DNA of 63,590 nt, filler included, from Licmophora abbreviata (GCA_900291995.1; 6 parts of 6 records of this genome joined end to end with filler, not necessarily neighbours in it); one strand, 5' to 3'. Positions 33,956 to 46,824 are shown, numbered from the whole stretch's first letter. The notes: a model not told the origin generated them from the sequence alone. Program-made: numbers and translations.

Positions 33956-36900
33956 TCAGAGGTATGGGAATTCTTCTTGTAGTTGCCGAACCTTTGGAGT
34001 CGACCCCCACGCCCCGAACGACGAGGCAGCCCTTCGAAAGTAAGTCCTCGCTGCCGTCTCGTCGCCGACGCCAGCGGCGTGCCGGCCCGCCCTTTCGCAG
34101 GCGAGTGCATTCCCATACAAGTGACCTGTTTCAGACGTCATTGCAATGGCACTCGTGAATTTGCATTTCGCTGTTGACTTGCGTCCTTGGACGCTTGCCA
34201 ATTCCGCTTCAAGTAGATACAACGGGCCAAGCACATTAAATGGATTCGTCTGTGCGAATTTCTTCAAATGCCGAATATGATGTTTAGCGGTTGCAAATGT
34301 CTTCCTTCTTTGTCTTTTGGTTTCTCGATAGAAAGCTAGAAGGGACATGCCGTCGAAAAATAAAACTGAGACTGCCTCGAGTCCAGATTGTGACACCTTG
34401 GAAACATCCCGGCAGAAGTTGCCATGATCTGCTGCTTTCCCGTAATCACCAAATAAGTAAGCGAGTGACATTTCATTGAAATGGCTCCAAAATAAGTCAT
34501 TCAAACCGTCTGACTCGAAACGCTTCTGAACTGCTGTCTCCAAATCGACCGTGCCTCCTGTAAAAGATTCTCTACTTCTCGAGGCATATGTCCCCATAAG
34601 ATAATGGACCTTTCGTAGGAAGGAAGCTATCATGACTTGTCGCGCTTCTTGTTTGTGGGACTTCATAACGCTAACAAGCGAATTCAACTCGTTCTCTATC
34701 AATGGAAGAGGCCTTCCAGATTCAAACAATTGAAAGCAATATAGGCTTCCGTCCAACAAAGCGTACTAATATATGATTGGAAAGTTGGTGGAAGCCGGTC
34801 AGACTCATCGTATGCAATACCCTTACATTGTGTAAGAACTTGGACTGTCTTACCTCAATATCTCCGGTTTCGAGACCGACGTGGTAGGCGTGCTTTAGAG
34901 GCTCAAGAGCTTCATCGAACGGTCTTGACCACTGGTGTATACACCCGAAGACTGCTGCGTAGACTCGTGGCAGCCAAACATTGGCTTTGAACTTTTCGAG
35001 GAGCACCAGGGCAAGCTGGCCATACCTGTAGCCTTGTTCAATTTCGCCTGAGGCAGAGGCGGCCAAAACAATTGTGAGCGATTGCTAAGAAAAACGGAAA
35101 CCCTTGTTACCCATCATTCAACAACAGTACTTGCCGATAGTTGTAAGAATGAGTCCGTACATGCCAAAACCAGGGGCCGATATTGCACTGAGACCGCCCT
35201 TGACGCTTAACTGAACAATTCGGAGCGCGATTAAGGGGGTAAGGTCCGGCCTCCTCATGAAGCAGTACAAAAAGGTCGCATTCAGAAATTGCATAGCCCA
35301 CAGTGTGCTCTGTTCGTCAACAAGCGGAAGTCTAAGAATGGCTTCGTTCGACTTTCGCCCTAGCAGCCGTTTTGTTCGAAAAATATCGAGCAGTATATTG
35401 AGCTTGCTAGGCTTGTTCGGAAAGTTTGTCCTAACTCTTTGAGAGCATATAATCCCATCGCAATAGCCCGGTCCGGCTTGTTTGATGTGCCAAGCACCGA
35501 GATCTGTGTCGAGTACGCCTGCAGCTTGTCGCTAAAGCTCCTGGCGTTGCGAAGAATAGAATCAATGAGATCGTCAACACGGGCAAAGTCTCCTGTGCAA
35601 TATTCCGTTTCAGCGGCAGCATTGTAGAGAGCCAGACTCAAATCGTAATCATTTTTCCAATGGTCGTCTCCCAAGAGTCGAATTCCAAAGTCGAAATAGA
35701 ATGAAGCAGTCCGAAATGTCGAAGCCCTGACACTCTTTGCCCCCGCCTCAAGACACATCAACGCGATCCTGTGCTTCTCGTGGGGGTCCGTCAACTCGGA
35801 CGTTGATCGATGGAGCTGATCCAAAACAACGTACATCTGCTGGTCCAACTCTTTGGGTGACAGACGTCTCCACAGTTTGCGACCGATCGTTACATGAAAG
35901 GTTGATTTCATTTCGAATGGAATGAGTGCGTAAGCGGTCGCCTGAATTTCGTCATGGGCAAAGACAAAGCTATCAAGTTTCGCGTCATACGCCAAAAGAC
36001 CATTGTGCGCCGCGATCTTGAGATACTCGGCGACGGGAACGGAGAGTGAGCATTCGAGGAGGTGCTCATCGATGTCGGATCCGATGCATGATGCCACTTT
36101 GAGCACCTCCTGCACGCGAGGTGGCACCTGACGAATTGTATCGGCTATCAGACTTCCCAAATTTTCACTTTCAAAAGAAAATCGTACACTGTCTTCGGAC
36201 CACGTCCATCTAGTGTCTTCGGTATCGTAAACCAAGATGTTCTCGTCGCGAAGTGCACGGAGGTACTCAATGGTGAACAATGCATTGCCATTGGCACAAT
36301 TATGCAACATTCGAGAAAGCGCTACAGATGCCTCTCGATCCATTGGATAATCGTCAGATATCATTTCAGTAATATCCTCCATCGTCAATGGTGGAACCGA
36401 AATATTGGTTACTTCTGCACTTTCTGCATTGAGACGACGGCACAGGGAGACTATTGGGGCGACGACAACTTGTCTTCGCGGCATGTCACAAGAAAGAGAA
36501 CGCCATTCTGTTGAACTTCGGGGGCGAGAGATGCCAGCAAATCAAGGGAACAAGGATCAGCCCAGTGCAAGTCGTCCAACAGTATCACGACGGGTCGCGC
36601 GGCAACAGCTTTCACAAACTTCCTAAACACATAAATGAATCGAAAGATTGCCTCCGACCCATGAGCATTCGTCGCCGATTGACCTGTCTCGCCAATGATG
36701 CTTCTGAGCGCTGGAATCATGTCGACTAGAACTTGACTTTCGGCTTCGATGGAATGGTGGATGGAATCTTTCATGCTCTGAATCGATCTGTCTCCCTCTG
36801 CACAAATCTGAGAAGCGAACTCGGTAAAGGCCGCAACAAACGCGGCATATGGCTCACGTCTCTGTAGTTGATCAAACTTTCCACTCACAAACAAGCCACC

Positions 36901-37218
36901 ATCGCTAGTAACGGCACCTCGGAGCGACTCTGCGAGTGATGACTTTCCGACTCCCGTACCACCGGAAATCAGAACAAAATTGGACCGGTTATTGCCATCT
37001 TCGGGCGGCAACCGAAGACTACGATATACCTCGAGTAGTCGAGCTTTTTCTCCAGATCTTCCGAAAAGCTTCTTTTCAGTCTGACCACCAAGTGCTGGAA
37101 TCGACAGGTTCTGATAATCTTTAGAGCGCCTTTCAATTCTATGGGAGACTTTCTGAACTGGGACACATTCAGAAACCGGGAGAGAATCGTCCATCCGACT
37201 CAGATCAATATCACCCAT
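33956..37218 (-). CDS. Second STAND AAA-TPR paralog, convergent with the first; introns 35048-35134 (GC-AG) and 34766-34853; apparent frameshifts near 36458 and 35422
   Basis: LFGRSGE, ISGGTGVGKSSL, SGKFD, ILLDDLHWAD, NGNALF, FAHDEIQATAY, WLPRVYAAV, GLETGDIE, ALACERAG, WGSTPKV; collinear with the 30601-33889 protein. Both frame breaks fall in homopolymer runs. Confidence 0.82.
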
Positions 37219-37646
37219 CTTCTGCCGCCTTTGAACTATCGGAAAGTTGATTTATTCGCGAATGCTGCCAGGTAGGAAGAAACGGCTGTCGTTGACATCT
37301 TCAATGTTTTCAAGACCATCATCAGCCGCAGCCCATCAGAACAAACAGAAGAGCGAAAGGTTGAAAGTTGCCCGAGCAAAAAAACTCGACAGATCTCGAG
37401 CAGGACGAACCTCCAGACATCATTGTGAAGGAAGCACGACAGACACTGGCGGCGGCGACACAACACACACAACACAATGGTCTTGACAGTCGCTTTGACC
37501 ACGATGTTCACTGTGAAGGGCTTCCCAGCTCGATTTCAGGTGTGCTCTGACCATTGTGCTGAGACATGTTGATAAGACAGTCAGGAAGTTCCCAGAAGAG
37601 AAGGCATGGTGCTCCTTGTGGTCTAAGCTGACCGACCTGAAACCAG

Positions 37647-38996
37647 ATGTTTCGGTTGCAGTGTCGAGTCAGAGTCAGCATCAATCATGCTGCGCCGTCG
37701 CACAAGAGCACGACCTATCCATTCTTGAACGTCTCGCAAAAGTCACGGTTCTGTGCTGGAAGTCTTCCACGCTATTCCTTTTTCTCCTGCTCTTCAGGCC
37801 GAACTCAAGAGCTTGCCAAGGAGGTCCTTGTGACACGAGATGTGCGATATGCACATCATCACCCACGAAATGCCCTGGACATTTACACTCCGAAAGAGCG
37901 CACTGACTTGAAACCAAAAGCTTCTACGTTGTTATTCGTACATGGGGGAATGTGGCTCCGAGGCTCCAAGGAGCAAGAGGCGTTGTCCGCATACGATGTA
38001 GCTGCACATTACGCGTCTCAAGCCTACCAATCCATGCTTGCACCGTCGTCGACAGCGACCGACGGCAAGTCCTCATCGTCGACCGACACTAAAATCTATC
38101 CCAATATCGGTTTGACAGTCGCGTCCTATGGAGGAAAGGCTTGCATCATGAACTATCGCCTCGCTGGAAGTAGCGGCGAAGAGACCGGGCACCCGCATCA
38201 AGTCATGGACGTGGCACGGGCAATTGTATTTCTTCTGGAGCAACGACGACATGCCATCAGTGACGCGCCCAATGACATACGGACGACGGGCCTGTACATT
38301 GCTGGACACTCGGCGGGAGCTCATCTAGCGTGTCTTGCACTCGCGGATCCACAGTATCTCCGCCTTGCGTTGCGAGAGCGAGGTCTCGATGACTCCATTT
38401 TGTGCGAAATTGCCGGATTCATTGGAATATCGGGAGTCTACAATCTTCGCCGACTTTCGATGAGCCCCATGGCAGCCATTACGATTGAACCGGCCTTTCG
38501 AGGTACACAATGTGGAGACTTGACATTAGAGGCGTCGCCGATCCATGCACTATGGCGTAGTCAAGATTCAGTGGACAAGTTGTCCCATCCCATTCTGACG
38601 AGGATACCCTGCCTTTTGCTGAATGCGGAAACCGATTTTCATTTGCAACAAGACACACTCGAGCTGGGGATAGCTCTGTGTCGCCAGGAGGAGGCTGGCC
38701 GCGGCGGATATCATTCTGTCGTCGTTCCAAATCGGAATCACCTGAGTATCATGAGACAATTTGGGCTTGGCCTGGAGAAAGGTTCTCCAGTGGAGGCAGA
38801 CGGCAAAGCAGTGGTCGAGTCAGAAAACTGGACGATGACGCATCTTTTAGGGCAGTCTTTCAGCTCGGTGTCATCCTTACTTCCGTCATACCTTGACCTG
38901 TCGTCTACCACTTGGAATGACAGAGACGAACAGGTTGACGGTGACAAAACAGCGAAATTCATGCTTGAGTTCATGCAACTTAAATCTTCGGAGTAG
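37647..38996 (+). CDS. Alpha/beta hydrolase (HSL-like; isoprenylcysteine methylesterase/kynurenine formamidase-like)
   Basis: ALDIY, LFVHGGMWLRGSK, NYRL, HPHQVMDVARA, GHSAGAHL nucleophile elbow, ISGVY, ASP, NRNHLSI. Confidence 0.88.
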   Translation: MFRLQCRVRVSINHAAPSHKSTTYPFLNVSQKSRFCAGSLPRYSFFSCSSGRTQELAKEVLVTRDVRYAHHHPRNALDIYTPKERTDLKPKASTLLFVHGGMWLRGSKEQEALSAYDVAAHYASQAYQSMLAPSSTATDGKSSSSTDTKIYPNIGLTVASYGGKACIMNYRLAGSSGEETGHPHQVMDVARAIVFLLEQRRHAISDAPNDIRTTGLYIAGHSAGAHLACLALADPQYLRLALRERGLDDSILCEIAGFIGISGVYNLRRLSMSPMAAITIEPAFRGTQCGDLTLEASPIHALWRSQDSVDKLSHPILTRIPCLLLNAETDFHLQQDTLELGIALCRQEEAGRGGYHSVVVPNRNHLSIMRQFGLGLEKGSPVEADGKAVVESENWTMTHLLGQSFSSVSSLLPSYLDLSSTTWNDRDEQVDGDKTAKFMLEFMQLKSSE

Positions 38997-39361
38997 CTAG
39001 CGTGTCTTGCTTACGGCATTATGGTTCGTCGCAGCTTGAAACAGGCGTCATATTAGCATATCCTCCGACCTATGTTTGCGCCGATTTGACCATCCTCATG
39101 CTGAGTACAGTTGTGCGAGCTCTTGCTTCCCCTCGCCGTCGAAAGACCTCGTCGTGGTCTGTCTGTCGATCCAAACCACGTACGTGTTTCGAATCGAATC
39201 AGCGCTGGCATCTCGACGCTTCGACCATGGGACACATTGACGCAGACGGCAATGCTCCTTCAGTATCTCCGTTGCTTTCGTTGACGCATTTCTTACTTAC
39301 TTTCGTTTAAAATCTCCGCTGGGATCGATCGGCTGCCCCAACTGAAATAGCACTCCTAAAG

Positions 39362-40746
39362 ATGATTCGACGATTCAGTGGCTTGCTTGTGGCGGCCTTT
39401 CTTGGCATGCCAGTGTTGACACTAGCGTTTGCGCCTCGTGTGGAACGGCGACGAGCGTCCTCCAAGACGGAAATGAGAATGGGATTAGCGGGGTCGGCAG
39501 TCAAGGCTGTGGAAAAGCTTGGTGTGCCAGCTGCTACGGGTGTCGTGGCGGCCGCTGCAGTCGGTACTCTTGCGGTCAAAACGGTGCTCGACCGCCCATC
39601 GCGAAAGTACGAAGAAGGATCAGTGGCCCGCGAGTACGATGCGTGGACACAAGATGGAATCCTGGAGTACTACTGGGGAGAACATATTCATTTAGGTGCG
39701 TACTTTAACTATGATGTGCTCAGTATGAATTGCCATGCACCTTAGACGTATTGTGTACTCACCTCGTCGGTCTTTTTCTTTTCTACACTTGCGTCTCAGG
39801 CTACTGTAAGGCGAATGGGAACGTGTAATTTCGATGAGACCATTGTTCTCGGTGCTCATTCTTGTGCATTCTGTGTTGTTGCTATAGATACAAAAGAAGA
39901 AATGGAGGCGGGTTACAAGAAGAAGAATTTTATCCAGGCCAAGTTCGATTTCGTCGACGAAATGATGCAACTTGGTGGCATCGACAAGGATATCGGTAAG
40001 GATGTAAAGGTGTTGGACGTCGGATGTGGCATCGGAGGAACGTCGCGATACCTTGCGAAGAAGCTGGGTCCCGATGCCACAGTCACTGGCATTACATTGA
40101 GCCCCAATCAAGTGAAGCGAGCAAGTGAGCTTGCCGTAGAACAGGATACTCCAAACGCAAACTTTCGTGTGATGAACGCTCTTGACATGGAGTTCCCTGA
40201 CAATTCATTTGACGTGGTGTGGGCGTGTGAATCAGGAGAGCACATGCCAGACAAGACTGCTTACATCAACGAGATGATGCGTGTCTTGAAACCGGGCGGA
40301 AAGTTCGTCATGGCTACGTGGTGCCAGCGAGATGATCGAGATGTGCCCTTTTCTGACAAAGACGAGCGAGACTTGAAGTTTCTTTACGAAGAGTGGTGCG
40401 TCGAGTGAAGCAATCATATTGCCGAAAGTTGTTCGCCCCTTTCGTGTCCTAACTTGTGTTTGTTTTCAGGACGCATCCGTACTTTATTTCAATTGAGAAG
40501 TACAAGGAGCTGGTTGACGCAACCGGTCTCATGAACGAGGTGAAGACCGCTGACTGGGTCAAAGAGACGATTGCTTCGTGGCGTCATTCAGTTTGGGTAG
40601 GTATCTACGACCCAAGGGGTTTCATCTTCAAGCCGAACAAATATCTAAAGTGTGTGCGAGATGCGTACTGCTTGGAACGAATGCACCGCGCGTTCGACCG
40701 CGGTTTGATGCAATATGGAATGTTTGCTGCAACCAAGAAGGAGTAG
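39362..40746 (+). CDS. VTE3: Cyanobacterial-type MPBQ/MSBQ methyltransferase (tocopherol/plastoquinone synthesis), plastid-targeted; exons 39362-39695, 39800-39805, 39888-40395, 40470-40746
   Basis: Presequence LTLAFAPR; SVAREYDAWTQDGILEYYWGEHIHLGYY, VLDVGCGIGGTSRYLA, VWACESGEHMPDK, EEWTHPYFISIE. Confidence 0.88.
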
Positions 40747-40784
40747 AGATGCTAGAGACGAACAGGACTAAAATATCACGTTGG

Positions 40785-42178
40785 CTACATTTCTTTCTTT
40801 GTCTTTCGGTCGTCCTTCTTGGACGCAGTAGGGTGTGATGCCTCACGGGCCATGTCAACAAGGTTACTCGGCATGGTCGGAATCGAACTCCTACGGGCAT
40901 CCACGTCAGTCCCCATCCCAATTGATGACGAAAACGGGGGCATATTATCATCCAAAGGTACGTCGTCCATGCTTGCCTGAGACCGGAAAGTACCGTTCCC
41001 TTCGGCTGAAAAGACTTCTGCCATGAAGCTACGAATCTTGGCCTGTGTTGGTACGAGCAAGCGACAAGTCGTTAGATACTGCATATTGGAAGGCTTCATC
41101 CGCACCCACTTCGTAGACTGCGTACCCAGTATTCCTTTCCTCCTTGAAGCCAAGTTTCGTTGTGAGTACCGTCCTTGATGACGAAAATACGAGCGCAACG
41201 ACTCGACCTGAGACTGAGATTGTACAGCTGAAGCATGTGGCTGTGCGGCACAAGCTGATCCGCTGCACCCGCCAAATACAAGACGGGCGTCTGGATACGA
41301 GGAGCAATCTGATACGAATTCCACCCTATCCGCAGTACGAGCGACTTGATCGGTGCCACATAAGGCATGAGATGATCGACCATGGAGGCGATGGAGAGAA
41401 ACGTATTTTCCACAACGACGCCTGCCAGTTGCAACCCATTCTGTTCGGCGTACTGCGCCACATGAAAGGCGACGGCCCCACCCAGCGACCTGCCGAAGAC
41501 AAAAATGCGACTCGAGTCCACGGCGTCATATGTCGACAAGAAACGCAGGGCAGCTTCCGCATCCAGCTTCAACCCGCGTTCCGAGGGCCTCGCGTCGTCG
41601 CTGTCACCAAAGCCGCGGTACTCGACAAGCATGATGTTCGCTCGAAGATACTGATACATCTGAACCGCGTTAGGTAGCCTCAGTCCAACGTTGCCCGCAT
41701 TTCCGTGAAAGAACATGAGGGTCGGGATGCGATCGTTGCGAGAATTGGGGTGCAAGAGCAACCATGAATGAATGTTAACTCCGTCGTCGCATCGAATCAA
41801 GTGTGTCTCGAACGGAATCTGGTGCTCCGCGGGACTCCTATATCGTCTAGGATTCGATCCAGGCTTGCGAGGGATACCGCCGATCTCTACGAGAAAGGAA
41901 ACGAGTGTGAGAAACAGGTCAAGCGAAAGAATTCTTCTCGTGCATGCCGCCGTATTCTATACCAGGGTAGAGCCTGTACTCGTACCTGGAAAGTAGAGGA
42001 GCGAGTCCTGCTTGGCGTACAAGACCCCAGCGACGAGTGACACCAGGCCAAACGCTACTGTACCAACTCTCCATAGAATCGGTATGACGCTATCTAGCAG
42101 CGTACTCCCTGAAGTCGACAAAGTGCGGTCAAATTCGTCCATGGTGTAGACTGTTGAGTGTGGCATCGGAGGACCCAT
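40785..42178 (-). CDS. ABHD13: ABHD13/BEM46-like alpha/beta hydrolase; introns 41887-41985 and 41043-41125
   Basis: N-terminal TM then QDSLLYFP, FFHGNAGNVGLRL, EYRGFGDS, FGRSLGGAVA, ENTFLSI, DQLVP, GTHNETW. Confidence 0.9.
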
Positions 42179-42397
42179 GAAATGTGGGTCGCCGCGAATC
42201 GAGTCTGGTGTGTAGAATCCTACATACCATTTGTACTAAAAGATGACGAAAATACCGAACCCATCAGCTCAGCAGGGTCTCAGCTTACAGAGCAGAACGA
42301 TTTGGACGTAAACCACTCAGTACGCTAGGCCTAAGTAGTCTTAAGTAGTAAGAAGCACCTACATACAAACTATTCTTTCCCCGATTGTTTCGCGTGA

Positions 42398-45300
42398 CTA
42401 TGAAACAAGCATTGAGTCATCTGAGGCAGGCGGCACAATCCGTTCCTTCTCGCTCGTCGCACCAGAAGCGTTCGTCTTGTCGCCCAGGGGACCTGGAGCG
42501 GGCTCGCCTCCGGATGCACTGAACGCGCGAGGGTTGATGGTCACGCTCTTGGTGCAGTTGTTTGTCTTGTAGATACCAACTAATCGGTCTGCCAGCTCGA
42601 ACATGTTGTTGCGTAGAGAGATGATGATAAACTGTGCATTCTTTGTGCGCTCCTTGATATAGTTGGCCACGATCGATACATTCTTGAAGTCAAGCGCAGC
42701 GTCGATCTCGTCCATGACGTAGAGGGGCGTCGGCTTGTAGTGATGAAGAGCGAAGACAAGAGCTAGAGATGACAAGGTCTTCTCACCGCCAGACAGGTTG
42801 GCAATGTTCTTCCAGGACTTCTTCGGTGGTCGAACGGAGAAGACAATTCCCTCGGAAAAGGGGTCAAGAGAGTCCACAAGCTCTAGCTCGGCATCACCAC
42901 CAAGTGTTATCATTTGGTACATCTCCTTGAGCTTGAGAGTGATCTTTCCAAATCCGTCCATAAACTTCTCGAGACGCTTTCGTCGGAGATCTTCGTGTTC
43001 CTTTCGTGCTGCATTTCGTTGTTCCGTTACCTCGTCGAGCTCCGTCACTCTGTCGCAGCAAAAAGTCATCAAATTGGTGAGCGCTCACAAAGTCGCGTCC
43101 AGGGCTTCACCACATATTCATGCTTACCGCGAGAGATAGTCAGTTTCCTTCTTGCGGTACTCCACAATTGCCCCCATGTTGGCGTTCTTCGCGAGTGTGT
43201 TCTTTTCCGTTTCAAGCGTGCCGATGTCGTTCTTAACATCCTCGACGTCGTATTGTTTCAGAGATGCAAAAGGCAGGACGGGCAGCGATGCTCCTCCCAT
43301 CTTGCTCACAGGAGCCTCAATTGGCGCTGCTTGTTCTTCGCTCTCCTCTCCGGCGTCCTTCATTTCCTCATCGAGGTCAGTCGGGTCAGATTTGGCAAAC
43401 TTTTCTTCCGCCTCCACTCCATCCTCTTCTTCGTCGTCGGAAACGTCGTAATCGCCGTCTTCCTCCTCTGCGGCACGGAGATTGTCCAGTTCCTCTTCCC
43501 AGTGCGCGATCCTCTTCTCACAGTCGACAATCTGCTTCTCGAAGCCTTCCACCTGGCCGATGAGCTCGATCTCGACTACCTTGATTTCGGCTTGCGACTT
43601 CTTGAGTAGCTCGCACTCTTGCGATACTTCCTCCAATGCGGTACGCTTCTCAGCCTCTACAGCTTTGACTTCTTCATACGCTTGCATGACCTGGAAAGCG
43701 TCTTCTTCCAGAGCCTTGAACTCCTTCTGTTTTTCCTCCATGGTCTCCTTGCACTTCTCGAGGTCCTCTTCTGCTGTAGCTTTTGCCACGTTTGCCTTCG
43801 TCGCTGCCTTCTGGCTGCTGGTGATGGCAACTTTGGCCGCGTTGAGCGCCTTGGCAGCTTCGCTCAAGTCCGACTCAGCCTTGTCGCACGCGGCTTGCTG
43901 CTTCTTGAGCTTAGAGCCGCCGGCGTCGAGGATGGCCTTTTGGAGCTTGGCGACCGCTGCCTCCAGCTTCGAAGCTTGCATCGCACAGGATGCCATGTCT
44001 GACTTGCACTTGCCAACGTTGCTATTGAGCTCCTTGAGTCGTTCCGCATCTTCAGGGGAAAGCTCGGACTGTTCTTGGAGCTCTGGGATACGCTTGGACA
44101 ACTCGTCGCGAGTCGTATCACAACCTTCAATCTCCATCGTCAGCTTAGGAAGCTTGACGGTGAGAGACTTGACTCGCTTCTTCAGAGTACGAATCTCGTC
44201 CGTCAGTTCGCGTCGCCGCTTTTTGCAAGCTTGGAGGAGTGCAAGAGCCTCATTGGCCTGTTCTTCCAGCTTCTTACAGTCGTTCAAGAAGCTTTCGTCG
44301 ACAGAGGCTGCAGCTGCCATGGCAGCAGCCGATCGAGAGCTCTGCAACAAATAAGAAAAACATCGTTTGTTGTCAGCAATTTAGCTTGCAAACGACGCGA
44401 AAATTACACAGCCATGAAGGAAGACTTACTGCAAACTTCATTCCTCCTTTTCGGACGTTCTTTCCTCCTCCTGCCATTGTACCGGACGTCTCAATCAACT
44501 TTCCGTCCAATGTTACAACGCGCCAACGCTTGCTAAATTCATACGCCCATCTGGTGGCCGTCTCGAGATCGGGAGCAACTAGCGTATTACCGACGGCAAG
44601 GTAAATTGCCGGCGTAATGGCGAAATTGGCGGGCGAAATGAGCTCAAAGAGACGAGGCGCACTCTCCGGTGTCTCCACAGCTCGATCATGAGCACCCTTC
44701 TTCATCTTGTCGAGCGGAATAAAGTTAGCCCGCCCAAGCCCGTGTTTGCGGAGGAATTCCAGGCAGCGTTGCGCTCCGGCGGTCGTCTGTACGACAATGT
44801 GGTCGAGCATTCCACAGGCAGTCGAGACGGCAACGTCGTATTCTTCCGAAATCGTGGCGAGGTCACCGAGACGTCCAAGAATACCGACCTTGGCAAGCTC
44901 GCCTCCCTTTCGAGTGGCCTTCAAGATGCCAGTCACGGCCTGGGAGCGACCGCCGCCTTTGGCTTGAAGTGATGCCTTGGACTCCTCTGCGAGAGCCTTG
45001 AGAATGAAACGCGAGAGATAGAAACATAGTGTGATGAGTGTCCATCATTCAGCCACTAAAAGAAGACAATTACAAGCTGACTTACAATAAGCTCCTTGTT
45101 GCGCTTGGCCAAAGCTCCTTCCTTCTGAGCCAGTTCCTTTTCCTCCATGTCGGCTTCGGCAATCCGAGCTTTGGACGCCGCCATTTCGTCCTCGCACCCG
45201 GCAAAAGCTCCTCTCGCTTGGATTCCTGCGTCTCGTCAAGGGAAGCAAGTTCCTTTTCTGCTGCTGCAAGCTTGCCCTTTGCGCGAGTCGTGGAATCCTC

Positions 45301-46789
45301 CAGCAGTTTCACTTCCGTCGCTGCCGTATCCAACGCAGCCTGGTAGACGGCTCGTTCCTGTTTGACGGGAGCGAGTTCGTTGGTCTTTTCCTCCAGCTCG
45401 ACACGAAGTTTGTCCGTCACACCCTTCATGTCGTCGAAGATCAGTTCGAGCTTTTCGTCTTCTCGCGTCTTGTGTTCGGTGATTTCTTCGATGCGCGACT
45501 CCAGCTCAGGAATACTCGCCTCGGCGTCGTTGGCCGCCTCAATATAGCTCAGTTCCTTTTTTGTTTCTGATTTGACCTTGGCATCCAGCTTCTTCTTTTG
45601 AACCTTGGCGTGCTTGATTTCCTCGCGAAGCTTAATGTCCTTTCGTTCGTACGCCGCAAACTCCTCCTTTGTCTTTTTCAGTTCCGCGTGGATCTTGTCG
45701 TACTCTTTGCGCTGCTGCGTCAAGCCGCCTTCGATCTCTTGCACACGCGCGTCGGCCGTCGAAAGACGCTCCCGTTCCTTATCGAGCTCTTCCATCACAC
45801 TTGATTTGGTATCGTCAAGGCGATCCATATCGGTAGTGGCCCGCATGGCGTTGATTTGGAACAAGACGTTCTTCTTGCGGCGAATTTCTCTATCCTTGGA
45901 GAGCAGTGCCTCCGCCTCAACCTTGGCACTCTCGAGGTTATCCTTTTCCTTTTCGACGGCCTTGACTCGATTCAATTTCTCCTGGCGCTGTTCACTAAGC
46001 TGTTCTACCTTGATGGAGGCCAAATTCGTGTCTTCGACAAACTTGTTGGAACCAATGATATCTTCCAGATACTCGAGCAAGCCCTCGTCGTTCTCCGTCT
46101 TGCCTTTGGGCGCCATCATGCTGATCATTTCGACTTCGCCCTGCAGAATCAAGAAGCGATTGTTATCGAGATCGATGCCTTTGCTATTGAGAAAGTGCGC
46201 AATGTCCTTGAAGGCGCAATTCTTGTGGTCCAACTTGTACTGCGACGAATTGTCCTTGCGGGCAATGCGTGTGACGACGCGCTGCGTGTTGGGGACGACC
46301 TCGTAGTCTTCGTCGCCATCTCCCGTGTCGATGATGTCTTGGAAAAAGACAGAGACTCGTGCATACTGCGGTGGATCGTCCTTGACTGCGTCCGAGGAGT
46401 GAATCAGTTCGGAAACCTTATTGAGTCGGAGCTTCTTGGCGCGCTTGCCAAAGACAAAGAGCATGGCGTCGATCACGTTGCTCTTTCCAGAACCGTTCGG
46501 ACCCACAATGGACGAGAAGCACTTGTGGAAGGGACCGATCTCTTTGACACCAGCATAGCTCTTGAAGTGTTCGAGTTGCTGCAGTGGAGTGTAGAGGCGA
46601 CACGACAACGAGACGGGTGATGAGAATCACAGCGCGACATGGAGCAAGATTCTCTCGGTTCTCATTAATTCTTACCATTTTTGTAATCATCAGACGAGGT
46701 GGAGGCCTCTCTGCATCGGTCTCCTCCATATCTATCGGCTGAGAGACGGGATCGTCGCCCACAGGCGCTGTTTCGTCGACCGGTGCCAT
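42398..46789 (-). CDS. SMC4: Condensin subunit SMC4, multi-exon; apparent homopolymer frameshift near 45205
   Basis: PRLMITKM|LEHFKSYAG, IVGPNGSGKSNVIDAMLFVFG, RFLILQGEVE, hinge GILGRLGDL...WRVVTLDGKLIETSGTMAGGG, LSGGEKTLSSLAL, YVMDEIDAALDFKN. Confidence 0.97.
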
Positions 46790-46824
46790 GGTGATTTTAC
46801 AGTGCACCACTGATTGACTGCAGC

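Noticed and set aside
1822..37218. Bacterial-looking genes (minC, ppk2, STAND ATPases, GFA) suggesting a bacterial contig or operon
   Set aside because: They are interspersed on the same contigs with intron-containing eukaryotic genes, and several have introns or targeting peptides; no operon structure or ribosome-binding sites.
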